DNA of 37,188 bases from an uncultured Chthonomonadales bacterium (GTDB taxonomy: Bacteria; Armatimonadota; Chthonomonadetes; Chthonomonadales; CAJBBX01), in contig CAZGLN010000002.1 in NCBI GenBank assembly GCA_964526545.1, forward strand, positions 1-37,188, given 5' to 3'. Under the pieces are notes generated by a model. It saw only the letters and a list, made by a program, of their open reading frames with translations. It was not told the origin of the DNA and searched no databases. Each line of letters opens with the position of its first letter. The first letter of the stretch is position 1. A program made the translations under genes and the position numbers. Positions 8,254-17,258 of the stretch are shown here, piece after piece.

Positions 8254-9018
8254 CTAGTACGGCGGACTTGGCGGATTAAGCGCTCCGCCGCGGCCGCCGC
8301 CGCCACCGGCGGCAAGACCAATGCCCACGCCCAGGCCAACCACCAGCAGTCCAATCAGCCAGCCGGCGCTCCGCTTCTTCTTTCCACCCTCCGCCTTTGG
8401 CGTCGGCGTGGGAGCAGCCTGCTGCACAGGACCTGTCAGCGGGAAGAGGTCGGCCATCACGCTCTCGGCCGCCGCGCGCCCGGCCTCCAACGCCTTCTCG
8501 TCCTCCTTCGCGGTGCCGCCCTTTGCGCTTGCGCCGTTCTTCACCACGGTCTTGATGACCCGCCCGGTCTCAACCTCGATCAGACGCCCGCTCACCGTTA
8601 CGGTCACCTGATTGTCGGTGAACTGGTAATCATCTAGCGATCCGACCAGCGCCACGTCGTACCCGATCAGCTTCGCAATCTTCACGGGCTTGCGGTTATC
8701 TTCCGAGAAGGGCTCCTGGAGGTCCGCATCGGTCAGCTGCTGGTCGTTGTGCAGCCGGGTGATGGAGGGCTGGCCCCGGTAGAACTGAGTCACGGAATAG
8801 GTCTTCGTGGCGACTGCACGGGAGACAGCCACATCCGTCATCAGCTGAGACATCTCGTCCTTAGCGGGCACCGAGGCGGAGGTCACATCCACCGGAAAGA
8901 TGAGCAGCAGCTTCTTAACGGCCTGCGCCAGGTTGCCCTGGGCGGAACTGCCGGTACTGCTGCCCGCCAGGAGCACGCATATGGCGCCGATTGTCCCGAT
9001 TAGCGAACCAAGTCTCAT
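8254..9018 (-). CDS. Secreted/membrane protein with a CsgG/LpoB/TolB-N-like alpha/beta domain, a C-terminal TM helix and a Pro-rich tail
   Basis: Signal peptide MRLGSLIGTIGAICVLLAGSSTGSSAQG. Domain pattern: LLIFPVDV...LMTDVAVSRAVATKTYSV...IAKLIGYDVALVGSLDDY...VTVSGRLIEVETGRVI. TM helix WLIGLLVVGLGVGIGLAAGG, then NPPSPPY-COOH. The domain family is a pattern-level guess. Confidence 0.7.
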   Translation of the reverse strand: MRLGSLIGTIGAICVLLAGSSTGSSAQGNLAQAVKKLLLIFPVDVTSASVPAKDEMSQLMTDVAVSRAVATKTYSVTQFYRGQPSITRLHNDQQLTDADLQEPFSEDNRKPVKIAKLIGYDVALVGSLDDYQFTDNQVTVTVSGRLIEVETGRVIKTVVKNGASAKGGTAKEDEKALEAGRAAAESVMADLFPLTGPVQQAAPTPTPKAEGGKKKRSAGWLIGLLVVGLGVGIGLAAGGGGGRGGALNPPSPPY

Positions 9019-9140
9019 GGATGCTTTCCCTTTGTTGCGGGCGGCTCGCCCTTCGCGAAGCCTCTTCCCGTTCGGGATGCCCGGGTTCTGTTAATGCCGG
9101 CTCTCCCTTGGTCCCGCGCGGTCTCCCGCGAGAGGCGCTT

Positions 9141-9172
9141 TGCCTGCCTGGCACGACGTCACCAGGCAGGCA
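9141..9172 (-). terminator. Perfect 11-bp GC-rich hairpin 12 nt downstream of the 2,616-aa gene stop
   Basis: TGCCTGCCTGG-N10-CCAGGCAGGCA. No U-tract. Candidate intrinsic terminator, attenuator or mRNA-stabilising structure. Confidence 0.4.
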
Positions 9173-9183
9173 TCCACGCCTTG

Positions 9184-12100
9184 TTACCTCACCAGCAGAA
9201 TCTGCTGGGTCGCGGTGGCTACGTTGCCCTGATCATCGGTTGCCTTCAGTCTCAGGATGTAGCTGCCCGCTGGCATGGCAATTCCGGCCGCGTTCCGGCC
9301 ATCCCATAGCACGGTATTCGATCCGGCGGAAGCCGAACGGCCCTGGCTCACGGTCCGGATAGTCTGACCATTGTTGCCCACGATGTCCGCCGTTACCACG
9401 GCCTCATGCGAGAGTCCGTAGGTTACCGAGACACCGCCAGCAGACCGCGTCGCCGTCCTCACGTTGGTGATCACCAGCCGGCTGTTGAGAGCGGCCCGGC
9501 CGATGGTCAGCGCGAAGCGCCTCGGCGCGGTGTTCTCGCCCGTGTTGTAGGTGAGACCAGCGCCATTGGCCAGCGACCTGCGGCTGTTATTGCTCAGGTC
9601 CACGATGCTGACGCTGTACCGCCGGCCCAGCGTGCTGATGTTCGGGAACTGCAGCGATACATCCGCATTCTGCTGGTCGGTGGTTACCTCGAACACCACC
9701 AGTGACCCGGCAGGCACCGCCCTCGTCTCCGCCGGAAGCTGCACGGCATCCGGGTCAACGAACCGTACGGAGACGAAGTTCGCAAGGTACGGCGGCTTGA
9801 TCAGCTCCGCCATGCGGGTCTTGGCCGAGCCATCCAGCGGTACGAAGTTGTCCGTATCCATGCGGTCACCCATGCGGGCTACCACCTGGAGGGCATTGGA
9901 CCGGAAGTCGGCCGCCCTGCCCACCTCCACGCCACGGGTACCCGGCGTGGGCAGGATCAGCTCACACGCGGTGGTGGCGAAGAACCAGTAGGCCCTGCCA
10001 GGGATCAGTGTGTCACTGGCCTGCACCAGCTGGTAGCTCCGTGTCGCCCGGTTGTAGGTCCAGGCGAACGGCCTCACCGGACTGGCCGCGTTGGTGATGT
10101 TGACCGCCGCGCCTCCGGCCCTGGCCTGCAGCGCGCTGAAGTTGATAGGCTGCTGGAAGACGGAGCCCACCATGTTCCAGCCCGCGCCCAGGTTCACAGC
10201 GAACGGCTGCGTGGCATCCCACACGCGGCCTCTCGGATTAATCCGCAGAGCCGTGCGCGGGAATACCCAGTAACCCCTGCCCGCGAGGACCTGGAACGAA
10301 GGATCGCCAGCCCTCGGCGAGTTGAGGAAGTAGTAGTCGCCGGAGCCCCGCAGAGTCGGTGAGTAGGCCACCAGATCCAGCTCGGTCACGCTCACCGGCA
10401 CCCCGGCGGTCGTGGTCGGGCTGAAGGTGATGCCCGGATCCGGCGTGGTCGGGATGAGCGGCGAGGAGATCATGTCGGGCTCTTGCACAGGCAGATCCAC
10501 CGAGAAGCCGCGCACCTTGAACGGGAAGCGCGCCGAGACCGAGTCGTACACGCCAGCCACGCCGGCCCACTCCAGCACAAGCTGCCAATCGCCAGTCTGG
10601 TCCAGCCGGGCCGCGGAGGTGTAGGCGAACGTGCCATCCGCGTTGAAGGCGAAGGACTCCGTGAAGCCGCTGCCGTCGGGCTTCACGAACTGCGCCCTCA
10701 CCGTGCGGTTGCCCGCCGCGATCGGCGTATTCGTATCCACCTTTCCGGCGAAGGCATAGGGTGCGTCCGCCGTGCCATCGGCCAGAGGCGCTGGCGTGGT
10801 GGTGATGATGGTCGTGTTGAGAGTCGGCCCCACAAGCTGGCCGCCGCCCACCGGGAACTGGCCTACATAGTTCGGAGAGAGCGTATCAATCGCTTCGAAC
10901 CGGTAGGTGTGGTCCCTCCTCGTCTCGTCGCGGGCGAACCGGTAGGTTACCGAATAGCGCACGCCGTTTACGAAGTCGGTGCCAGGCTCGTCCTTGGTGA
11001 GCTGCAGGGTAACACGCTTCGCCGGATCCGCCTCATCTATGATCACGCGTACCACCGACGGCGGCGTGCCATCCGCGTTCTTGTAGATGATGGAGTAGCG
11101 GAAGTCCGTGGACTGCGGGCCGGATACCGGAGTGAGCGTGCCGATGGGCGCCGGAGGAGCAATGAGCTCCAGGATAGACCGCACCGTCAGGCCCGTGATC
11201 TCTCCGGTGGTGATGAACCGCGCCTGATCCGCAACGCCGCCGAGATTGTCCTCGGCCTCGAAGTGGAATGTGCGGATGCCCGGAGTGAGCACCACTGCGG
11301 CACTCTCGAATACCGCGCCGCCAGGTGTGTTTGGAGCGCCGCTCCGCAGTGTCATCGGGATCGTCGGGTTCGCAGGGTCATTGGTGACCACGCGCACCGC
11401 GGAGACCGGCGTAGTGTTGGAGTCCGTGTCTTTGTAGATCACGCGGAACACGAACCGATCGCCCTGGAGTCCCACGAGGGCGGGCTGCAGAGCTCCGTTG
11501 ACCACGTTCGGCGCGGAGCCCGGTCCGTTCGCCTCGAGGTAGGCCGTGCCGCTCTCCAGGCTTGGCGGATGGTTCACGTAAGGCCCGGTGTACTTGGTGC
11601 CGTCCGCACGCAGGGTTTTCAGCGTGGCGTTATCGGCCGCCTCTATCAGGTAGGTGTGCTGACCTGATCCGAGCTGGGCGCCGGAGGCCTGGAACGTATA
11701 CAGAACACCGTTCTCGATGTCGGCCGGGGTTGGGTTCGCCGGCGTGGTGGCCACCATGTCGAACGTGTTCTGGAGGACGGCGCCGGCCGCGTCATACACC
11801 TTCACCTGGATGCGCACCGGGAAGGTGCCATCCGCGTGGCGGTACCTTGCGGCGAAGGTGTAGTTGGCGTTGAACGGCCCCTGGAGCGGTGTCAGCGTGC
11901 CCTGGTTCGGCTGGTTCACGTCCGGCGGATCCAGCTCCGGAATGCTGAACACTGCGAGACCGGTGATCTCACCCGTGGCCGGGAACCGAGCGGTATCGAG
12001 CACCGTGTCAGCGGGCACGTCGTTCGGAGCCGGCCGCGACTTGTCGTTCGCGTCGAAGTGGAAGGTCTTCGGTCCCTTGGTGAGCTGCAGCGGTGCGCTC

Positions 12101-15100
12101 TCGTAGATTGCCCCGGCCGGGTCGGCGGGATTGCCGCTCACCAGAGTCATCGCGATGGGACCCGGGTTATTGGGATCGTTCGTCGAGACCGTCACGGTAC
12201 CGGTGGGCGTCCGCGCCGCATCGGTGTCCTTATAGGTCACTCGGAAGATGTACCGATCCACCACGGTTCCATCCAGCGGCGGGTTCAGCGCGCCGTTCAC
12301 CACCGTCGGGGCGGAGCCGGCGCCACGCGCCTGGATATACACCGTGCCATTCTCAAGCGTCGGCGGGTTATTGACGTACGGCCCGTTGAAGCGGCCGGCC
12401 GCGGGCAGGTTCACGGGACCGGATACCTGATCCTCCGCCGTGAAGCTGTAGGTGTAGGCCCCCGGCGTGAACTCGTTGGGTGTGGTGGTGTAGGTGAAGG
12501 TAACACCCGCCACATAGTCGGCACCCGTCTGTACCAGTTGCGGCGGCGATACGGTCTTCACAAGGCTGCCGCCGGCATCGAATATCCGCAGCTGCATCAC
12601 CGTGGGCGGCACGCCCTGCGGATGCTTGTAGATCACCGTGTAGGTGAAAGTATCCGTCCTCCGGCCGATGGTGGCGGAGAGCGTGCCATCGTTCACGCCG
12701 GTGCCGGGCGTGGGCGCCTCGAGGACCGGCGGCTGGCCCGCCTCGATGGTGAGAGCGCCCGGGAATTCCAGCTTCACGCCCCTCCGCTCAAGCGGCAGGT
12801 CGTTCACATCCCAGGGCTCACCCAGCACCGCACCGCTGTTGAAGTCGTCACGCGCGGTGAAGAGTACATCCCGCACGCCAGGAACATGCCCATCCGGCAG
12901 GTTGCGCACCGCCACCGTCCACTGGAAGACCTGACCCAGCTTGATGGCGTCGGCGGTCGGCGCCGGGAACCGCGGGAACTGGTTCGTATCGGCCGGGTTG
13001 GGCACCAGGGTGGCGGGCGCCGGCGTCGTTACTTCCACATAGTTTCCGGCAATGTTCTTCACCCAGAGCTTAATGCGCGGGGCGCCGGTTACCGGATCCA
13101 CCGGCGGATCGCCGTTCAGGTCCGTGTATTTCACGCGGAACGTTACCAGGCCGCCCCGGCTGGCGGGGTTCGGGTCAACCACCGCGAGCGGCGCATCCGG
13201 TGCGGAGAGCGCCGGCGGCTTGTTCACGGTGAGGTTGATGCCCGTCACCTGGTCCGGATTGTCCTGGAAGCCGTAGCCTATCGCGTTAAGGCCGTACTCC
13301 AGCCGGGCCGGGTCGCCCACGTTATCCACACCCGCATAGCCCTCGGCCTTCAGCACCAGGCGGTACCGCACGCCGGTGGCGTAGTTCGGCGGGTTATCAA
13401 TCAGGTTCATCACGGCCTTGTGCTGCGTGCCGCTCGGACCCGTGTAGCGAATCTCGATCGGCTTGCTCGGCGGCTGATTCGCGTCGTTCTGATAGGTGAT
13501 GGTGAACTCGTAAAGCTGGTTGCTCAGGCCCTTCGGGAAGGGCACGATGTTGGAGCCGCTCAGCGCTCCGAGCTCAATCACGTTCGGGCCGGGCAGCTCA
13601 TACGGACCCGGCTCGGGGGCAGGCAGGGGATAGCGACCCACATCCGCACCGCCATCCGTCGCCTCGAAGTGGTAGCTATGGTTGCCCAGACCGAGCTGCG
13701 CACCCGTCCGCGTCAGGATGTACTTCACGGGCGACCGGTAGTCCACCGGCACGGGCGTGTTCGGGTCGCGCGTCATCTTCAGCCGCGTGGCGTTATTGTC
13801 GAGCGAGAGCATGACGCCCTCGGTTCCATCATCCGCCACGGGCGCCTGATTGTCGGCATCCTGATAGAAGATGGCGAACTCGAAGTTCTGGGTCAGTCCT
13901 CCCTGCAGCGGGACGCAGGTGAGGAAGTTGTTCTGCTGAATGCCGCCCGGCGGAGGCGTGAGGACCGGCACGTTGTTGGCCCGCACCACGGGTCCCACGG
14001 TCTCCTGGTACCGATACGAAATGCGCACCAGCGCGTTCGGCCCGGGGTCCGTGGTGAGCTGCAGCCTGCCGTTCGGTCCATCCACCTGGTAGTCGCCCGC
14101 GGGCGGATCCGCCGGATTGTAGGAGAGCAGCGTCGTGGTGCCGTTGGCAACCACCCACACAAACATCGTGGTGTTGCCGGGCGTGTTCAGCTCCCAGTTG
14201 CGCGTACCGTTCGGGTCGTCGTACAGGCCGGCTCCAATGCGCCGCAGGGTGCGCCACGTGTTCAGCGCGTCCGAGCTGGACCCATCACCCACGGTCACCA
14301 GCCCGACATCCGGGATCTTGCCGTCGTTGGTGACGAACCGCACGCGGTACTCCTGCCCGACCGGGGGCAGGCTGAACCGCAGCGGTGCCGGCAGGTGGTA
14401 CTGCTCGCCAACCACGTAGTTCGGTGTTCCGCCGCTCACGCGCACCAGCGTGTGGCCATTGTCATTGGAGACCCTGGCGTTCGTTGCCACATCGTACAGC
14501 TCGACGAAGGCCTTCAGGGTTCCTGGCGGCTCACTGTCGGCATCCTTATAGGTTACGAAGATGTCGAACCGCGTCGCCGTGTTGAACGCTTGATCGCTGG
14601 ACTGGATACCGACATTCGTGAGCACCGGCGACCGGTTCTCGATGATTGTCGGCCCCTCAATCACCCCGCTCGGGTTGCCGTTGTCATCGCCCTGCGGCAG
14701 GGTCACCCACTCCCCGTATTCCCGGCGGATGGGCGCTCCCGGAGCCCAGTTATCGCGGAACTGGAAGTAGAAGCTGTGCTTCTTCGTGAGGTTCGCCGGC
14801 AGCTGGGTGAGCACGAACCGATAGCGCACCCCCTGACTGGTGGGCCGCCCGATGTCAGCCGGATCCAGCTCCATGCGGTAGCGGTGATTCACCGGGTCGT
14901 TATCAATGATGACCCAGGCATCCAGCGGCAGGTCGTTATCCGCGTCGCGGTAGGTTACCGTGTACGTGTAGGCCTGGCCCTCTACTCCGGAGACCGGAGA
15001 CACCGAGCCATTGCTCAGCACCGGACGCGAGTTGACATGGGGCTCCGCCACGTAGTTCTTGCCGACCGTGCCCGTGCCGAAGAGCACCAGCTCGCTCCGG

Positions 15101-17034
15101 TTCGGCAGACTCGCGCCCTGCGAATCCTCGAAGCGCCCGAACGGGTCGTGCGTGGAGAGCGGCCGACGCGGCCAGATGGCGCGGTTTCTGCCATCGTCCG
15201 CCTCGAAGTAGTAGACCTTTCGGCCCTCCTGCCCGGCGGGGAACTGCGCATCGTAGTAGTAGACCACGCCGTTGGCGTAGTTCAGGGCACCCTGGTTCGG
15301 CTCCACCTGCATGGTGTAAGGCTGCATGGTGCCATTGGCGGGGCCCATCCAGAGGCGAACGGTGATGGGGCCTGGATTGCCGCCAGGGAGCTGGTGGGTA
15401 ACGCGCACCTGGAAGCGCACGCGGGTCTTGGTGGTCACGCGCGATCGGCGGGCGTTGGAGGCCACGCTGTTGGCGCCGGAATAGGGCGGCGCGACCTCGC
15501 CGGTGTATGTCGGCGAGAACTGCAGCGGCCGGTTCTCGGGCAGGTCATCCGTCCAGTGGCCGTCCGTCAGGATGGGCGTTACGAAAGGATGCCTGTACTG
15601 GAACTGCGGATCCGTGCGGCCCGGATAGCCCATCGGGTCGTCGGAATCGGCCAGCTGGCGGTACAGATCTGGCGAGCGCGCCTCGCGGTCTTCGTAGGAG
15701 CCCACGGGCAGCGTGTTCACGTTCGCCGATGTCAGCACCGTGTTGTTGGTCGCCACGGCGCGGTGGTTGCCCTGGGCAGGCGCATTATCCCCATCCAGGT
15801 CCGGTCGAAAGTCAATGGAAGCGATGTAGTAGTAGGAGTACTGGCCCGCCCGCCCGGCCACCTGGGTGTAGAACGGCATGGGCGGAGGCGGCATGAAGGG
15901 CGCGAACAGCCAGATGGAATCCAGCCGCGCGAAGGCCGCGTACACATTCGAGTGCGGCCTGCCGGTAACTATCCCTCCGATGGTGTTGCCGGTTACATTC
16001 GAGGGCAGGCCGTCCGGCACGGTGAACTGCGGCGGCATGCTCTGGAGGTCTCCGCCGAAGGGCGCCGGCGTGTACTGCGTGGGCATGACCTGGTAGCGGT
16101 AGAACACGCCGGAGGTGTAAGCCGAATTCGCCACAGGCTGCACCACCAGCGGATTGGACTGGACCGTTAGGTAGGTATTCGCGTTGTTCACCGCCTGCCC
16201 GGGCTCAATCTCCATCGGGCAGCGGAGCACTTCGCCGCCGGGCGCGGTAAGAACCAGAAGGACGCCGGACTTTATCTCCGGCAGTCTGGCCGGATCCTTC
16301 AGGTTGTTCCAGTCTGTGTAGCGCGTATCCCAGATGGTGGGCGGCATACCGCTCCGCGTGGTTACCTTTACGCGCCAGGTGAAAATATGCGCGCCGCCGC
16401 CATCGTTCGGCGAAGTGGAGTCTTCAGGGTTCACCCGAAGCCCATTGCCGTTCTGCCCGACCCCAGGGGCCTTATCGTCCGCTCCGGTTGGAGTCACCGG
16501 CATTATCATGATTGCCGGCTCGAGAGTATCGGTGTAGACGCGCGAGGGGTGCACCGAGACCGAGCCAGCCGGGGACGGAGAGCCAGTGCTCGAGACATTG
16601 CCGGAGCCATCATTTTCCCTAGCAAAGATGGTCCACGTGGAGTTGCGAGGCACACCCGCACCGTTCGCGCCGATGGTTCCACCCGCAATCTGGATGCCGC
16701 GGATATAGGCGACCCAGGAGTTGGCGGGCCGGCCCGGGCTGAAGTCGCGCTGCATGTTGACGGCGAAGCGACTGCTCGTCGGCGGGCTGGCGGTATCCGG
16801 ATCTATCCAGACCTGCGGCTGACCCACGAGAAAGCTTGTGTCCGCGGATGGAGCAACCTGCGCACGGAAGATAAACCAGGTGCGCTCCGTGCCCATTGCG
16901 CCCGCATCACCGGTCCGAACGGCAAGGATCTCCGGGTTGCTGATGGTAGGCGCGGCCAGACCCGACTGGATCGAAAGCGCGAAAACGAAAGCCAAACCAA
17001 GGGCATATCGCAGCGCGCTGATCGAGCGTTTCAT
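9184..17034 (-). CDS. Giant secreted protein (2,616 aa): signal peptide, about 11-13 tandem beta-sandwich repeats, and the shared C-terminal cassette ending in a FlgD-Ig-like domain
   Basis: GAGGGGAGAG SD. Signal peptide MKRSISALRYALGLAFVFALSIQSGLAAP. Recurrent ~105-130-aa units carry the signature F.F.V.Y.D.D...PP ... M ... G(V).Y ... H.Y.F.A.D. The C-terminus reads ...GWNMVGSVF...GRAYWFF...NTVLWDGRNAAGIAMPAGSYILRLKATDDQGNVATATQQILLVR. Confidence 0.9.
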   Translation of the reverse strand: MKRSISALRYALGLAFVFALSIQSGLAAPTISNPEILAVRTGDAGAMGTERTWFIFRAQVAPSADTSFLVGQPQVWIDPDTASPPTSSRFAVNMQRDFSPGRPANSWVAYIRGIQIAGGTIGANGAGVPRNSTWTIFARENDGSGNVSSTGSPSPAGSVSVHPSRVYTDTLEPAIMIMPVTPTGADDKAPGVGQNGNGLRVNPEDSTSPNDGGGAHIFTWRVKVTTRSGMPPTIWDTRYTDWNNLKDPARLPEIKSGVLLVLTAPGGEVLRCPMEIEPGQAVNNANTYLTVQSNPLVVQPVANSAYTSGVFYRYQVMPTQYTPAPFGGDLQSMPPQFTVPDGLPSNVTGNTIGGIVTGRPHSNVYAAFARLDSIWLFAPFMPPPPMPFYTQVAGRAGQYSYYYIASIDFRPDLDGDNAPAQGNHRAVATNNTVLTSANVNTLPVGSYEDREARSPDLYRQLADSDDPMGYPGRTDPQFQYRHPFVTPILTDGHWTDDLPENRPLQFSPTYTGEVAPPYSGANSVASNARRSRVTTKTRVRFQVRVTHQLPGGNPGPITVRLWMGPANGTMQPYTMQVEPNQGALNYANGVVYYYDAQFPAGQEGRKVYYFEADDGRNRAIWPRRPLSTHDPFGRFEDSQGASLPNRSELVLFGTGTVGKNYVAEPHVNSRPVLSNGSVSPVSGVEGQAYTYTVTYRDADNDLPLDAWVIIDNDPVNHRYRMELDPADIGRPTSQGVRYRFVLTQLPANLTKKHSFYFQFRDNWAPGAPIRREYGEWVTLPQGDDNGNPSGVIEGPTIIENRSPVLTNVGIQSSDQAFNTATRFDIFVTYKDADSEPPGTLKAFVELYDVATNARVSNDNGHTLVRVSGGTPNYVVGEQYHLPAPLRFSLPPVGQEYRVRFVTNDGKIPDVGLVTVGDGSSSDALNTWRTLRRIGAGLYDDPNGTRNWELNTPGNTTMFVWVVANGTTTLLSYNPADPPAGDYQVDGPNGRLQLTTDPGPNALVRISYRYQETVGPVVRANNVPVLTPPPGGIQQNNFLTCVPLQGGLTQNFEFAIFYQDADNQAPVADDGTEGVMLSLDNNATRLKMTRDPNTPVPVDYRSPVKYILTRTGAQLGLGNHSYHFEATDGGADVGRYPLPAPEPGPYELPGPNVIELGALSGSNIVPFPKGLSNQLYEFTITYQNDANQPPSKPIEIRYTGPSGTQHKAVMNLIDNPPNYATGVRYRLVLKAEGYAGVDNVGDPARLEYGLNAIGYGFQDNPDQVTGINLTVNKPPALSAPDAPLAVVDPNPASRGGLVTFRVKYTDLNGDPPVDPVTGAPRIKLWVKNIAGNYVEVTTPAPATLVPNPADTNQFPRFPAPTADAIKLGQVFQWTVAVRNLPDGHVPGVRDVLFTARDDFNSGAVLGEPWDVNDLPLERRGVKLEFPGALTIEAGQPPVLEAPTPGTGVNDGTLSATIGRRTDTFTYTVIYKHPQGVPPTVMQLRIFDAGGSLVKTVSPPQLVQTGADYVAGVTFTYTTTPNEFTPGAYTYSFTAEDQVSGPVNLPAAGRFNGPYVNNPPTLENGTVYIQARGAGSAPTVVNGALNPPLDGTVVDRYIFRVTYKDTDAARTPTGTVTVSTNDPNNPGPIAMTLVSGNPADPAGAIYESAPLQLTKGPKTFHFDANDKSRPAPNDVPADTVLDTARFPATGEITGLAVFSIPELDPPDVNQPNQGTLTPLQGPFNANYTFAARYRHADGTFPVRIQVKVYDAAGAVLQNTFDMVATTPANPTPADIENGVLYTFQASGAQLGSGQHTYLIEAADNATLKTLRADGTKYTGPYVNHPPSLESGTAYLEANGPGSAPNVVNGALQPALVGLQGDRFVFRVIYKDTDSNTTPVSAVRVVTNDPANPTIPMTLRSGAPNTPGGAVFESAAVVLTPGIRTFHFEAEDNLGGVADQARFITTGEITGLTVRSILELIAPPAPIGTLTPVSGPQSTDFRYSIIYKNADGTPPSVVRVIIDEADPAKRVTLQLTKDEPGTDFVNGVRYSVTYRFARDETRRDHTYRFEAIDTLSPNYVGQFPVGGGQLVGPTLNTTIITTTPAPLADGTADAPYAFAGKVDTNTPIAAGNRTVRAQFVKPDGSGFTESFAFNADGTFAYTSAARLDQTGDWQLVLEWAGVAGVYDSVSARFPFKVRGFSVDLPVQEPDMISSPLIPTTPDPGITFSPTTTAGVPVSVTELDLVAYSPTLRGSGDYYFLNSPRAGDPSFQVLAGRGYWVFPRTALRINPRGRVWDATQPFAVNLGAGWNMVGSVFQQPINFSALQARAGGAAVNITNAASPVRPFAWTYNRATRSYQLVQASDTLIPGRAYWFFATTACELILPTPGTRGVEVGRAADFRSNALQVVARMGDRMDTDNFVPLDGSAKTRMAELIKPPYLANFVSVRFVDPDAVQLPAETRAVPAGSLVVFEVTTDQQNADVSLQFPNISTLGRRYSVSIVDLSNNSRRSLANGAGLTYNTGENTAPRRFALTIGRAALNSRLVITNVRTATRSAGGVSVTYGLSHEAVVTADIVGNNGQTIRTVSQGRSASAGSNTVLWDGRNAAGIAMPAGSYILRLKATDDQGNVATATQQILLVR
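10816..12366 (-). repeat. Internal tandem duplication of a two-domain (~250-266 aa) unit inside the giant gene
   Basis: Unit 1 is aa 1557-1822 (nt 11569-12366), starting PPTLENGTVYIQARGAGSAPTVVNGAL. Unit 2 is aa 1823 to about 2073 (nt 10816-11568), starting PPSLESGTAYLEANGPGSAPNVVNGAL. By eye, roughly half the positions are identical over the first ~110 aa. Confidence 0.7.
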
Positions 17035-17212
17035 GCAGTCTCTCCCCTCAATCCCCTCTAGATCGCGCGAAACTCCTCCGCCGATCCCGCCTCAGGCCGC
17101 AGTTCAGTATCCACTTCGGCCCCTGCTTGTGTAGGCACCCGCGGCCTTCGCCGCCGGCCCTTGTGTCCCGGGGGATGGGACGTCGGATAATCTTGCTAAG
17201 TCCTCTATCCAC

Positions 17213-17245
17213 GCGGGGGCGGGATTCAAACGCCTCCCGCCCCGC
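17213..17245 (-). terminator. GC-rich hairpin (11 bp plus one bulge) 14 nt downstream of the ~883-aa gene stop
   Basis: GCGGGG(G)CGGGA-N10-TCCCGCCCCGC. No U-tract. Confidence 0.35.
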
Positions 17246-17258
17246 TATGAGCTCAATG

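Noticed and set aside
11836-16170. 1,444-aa plus-strand ORF antisense to the giant gene
   Set aside because: It is Arg/Gly/His-rich with no SD, signal or motif. It lies entirely antisense to a gene with clear domain repeats. This is a typical stop-codon-poor antisense frame in GC-rich DNA.
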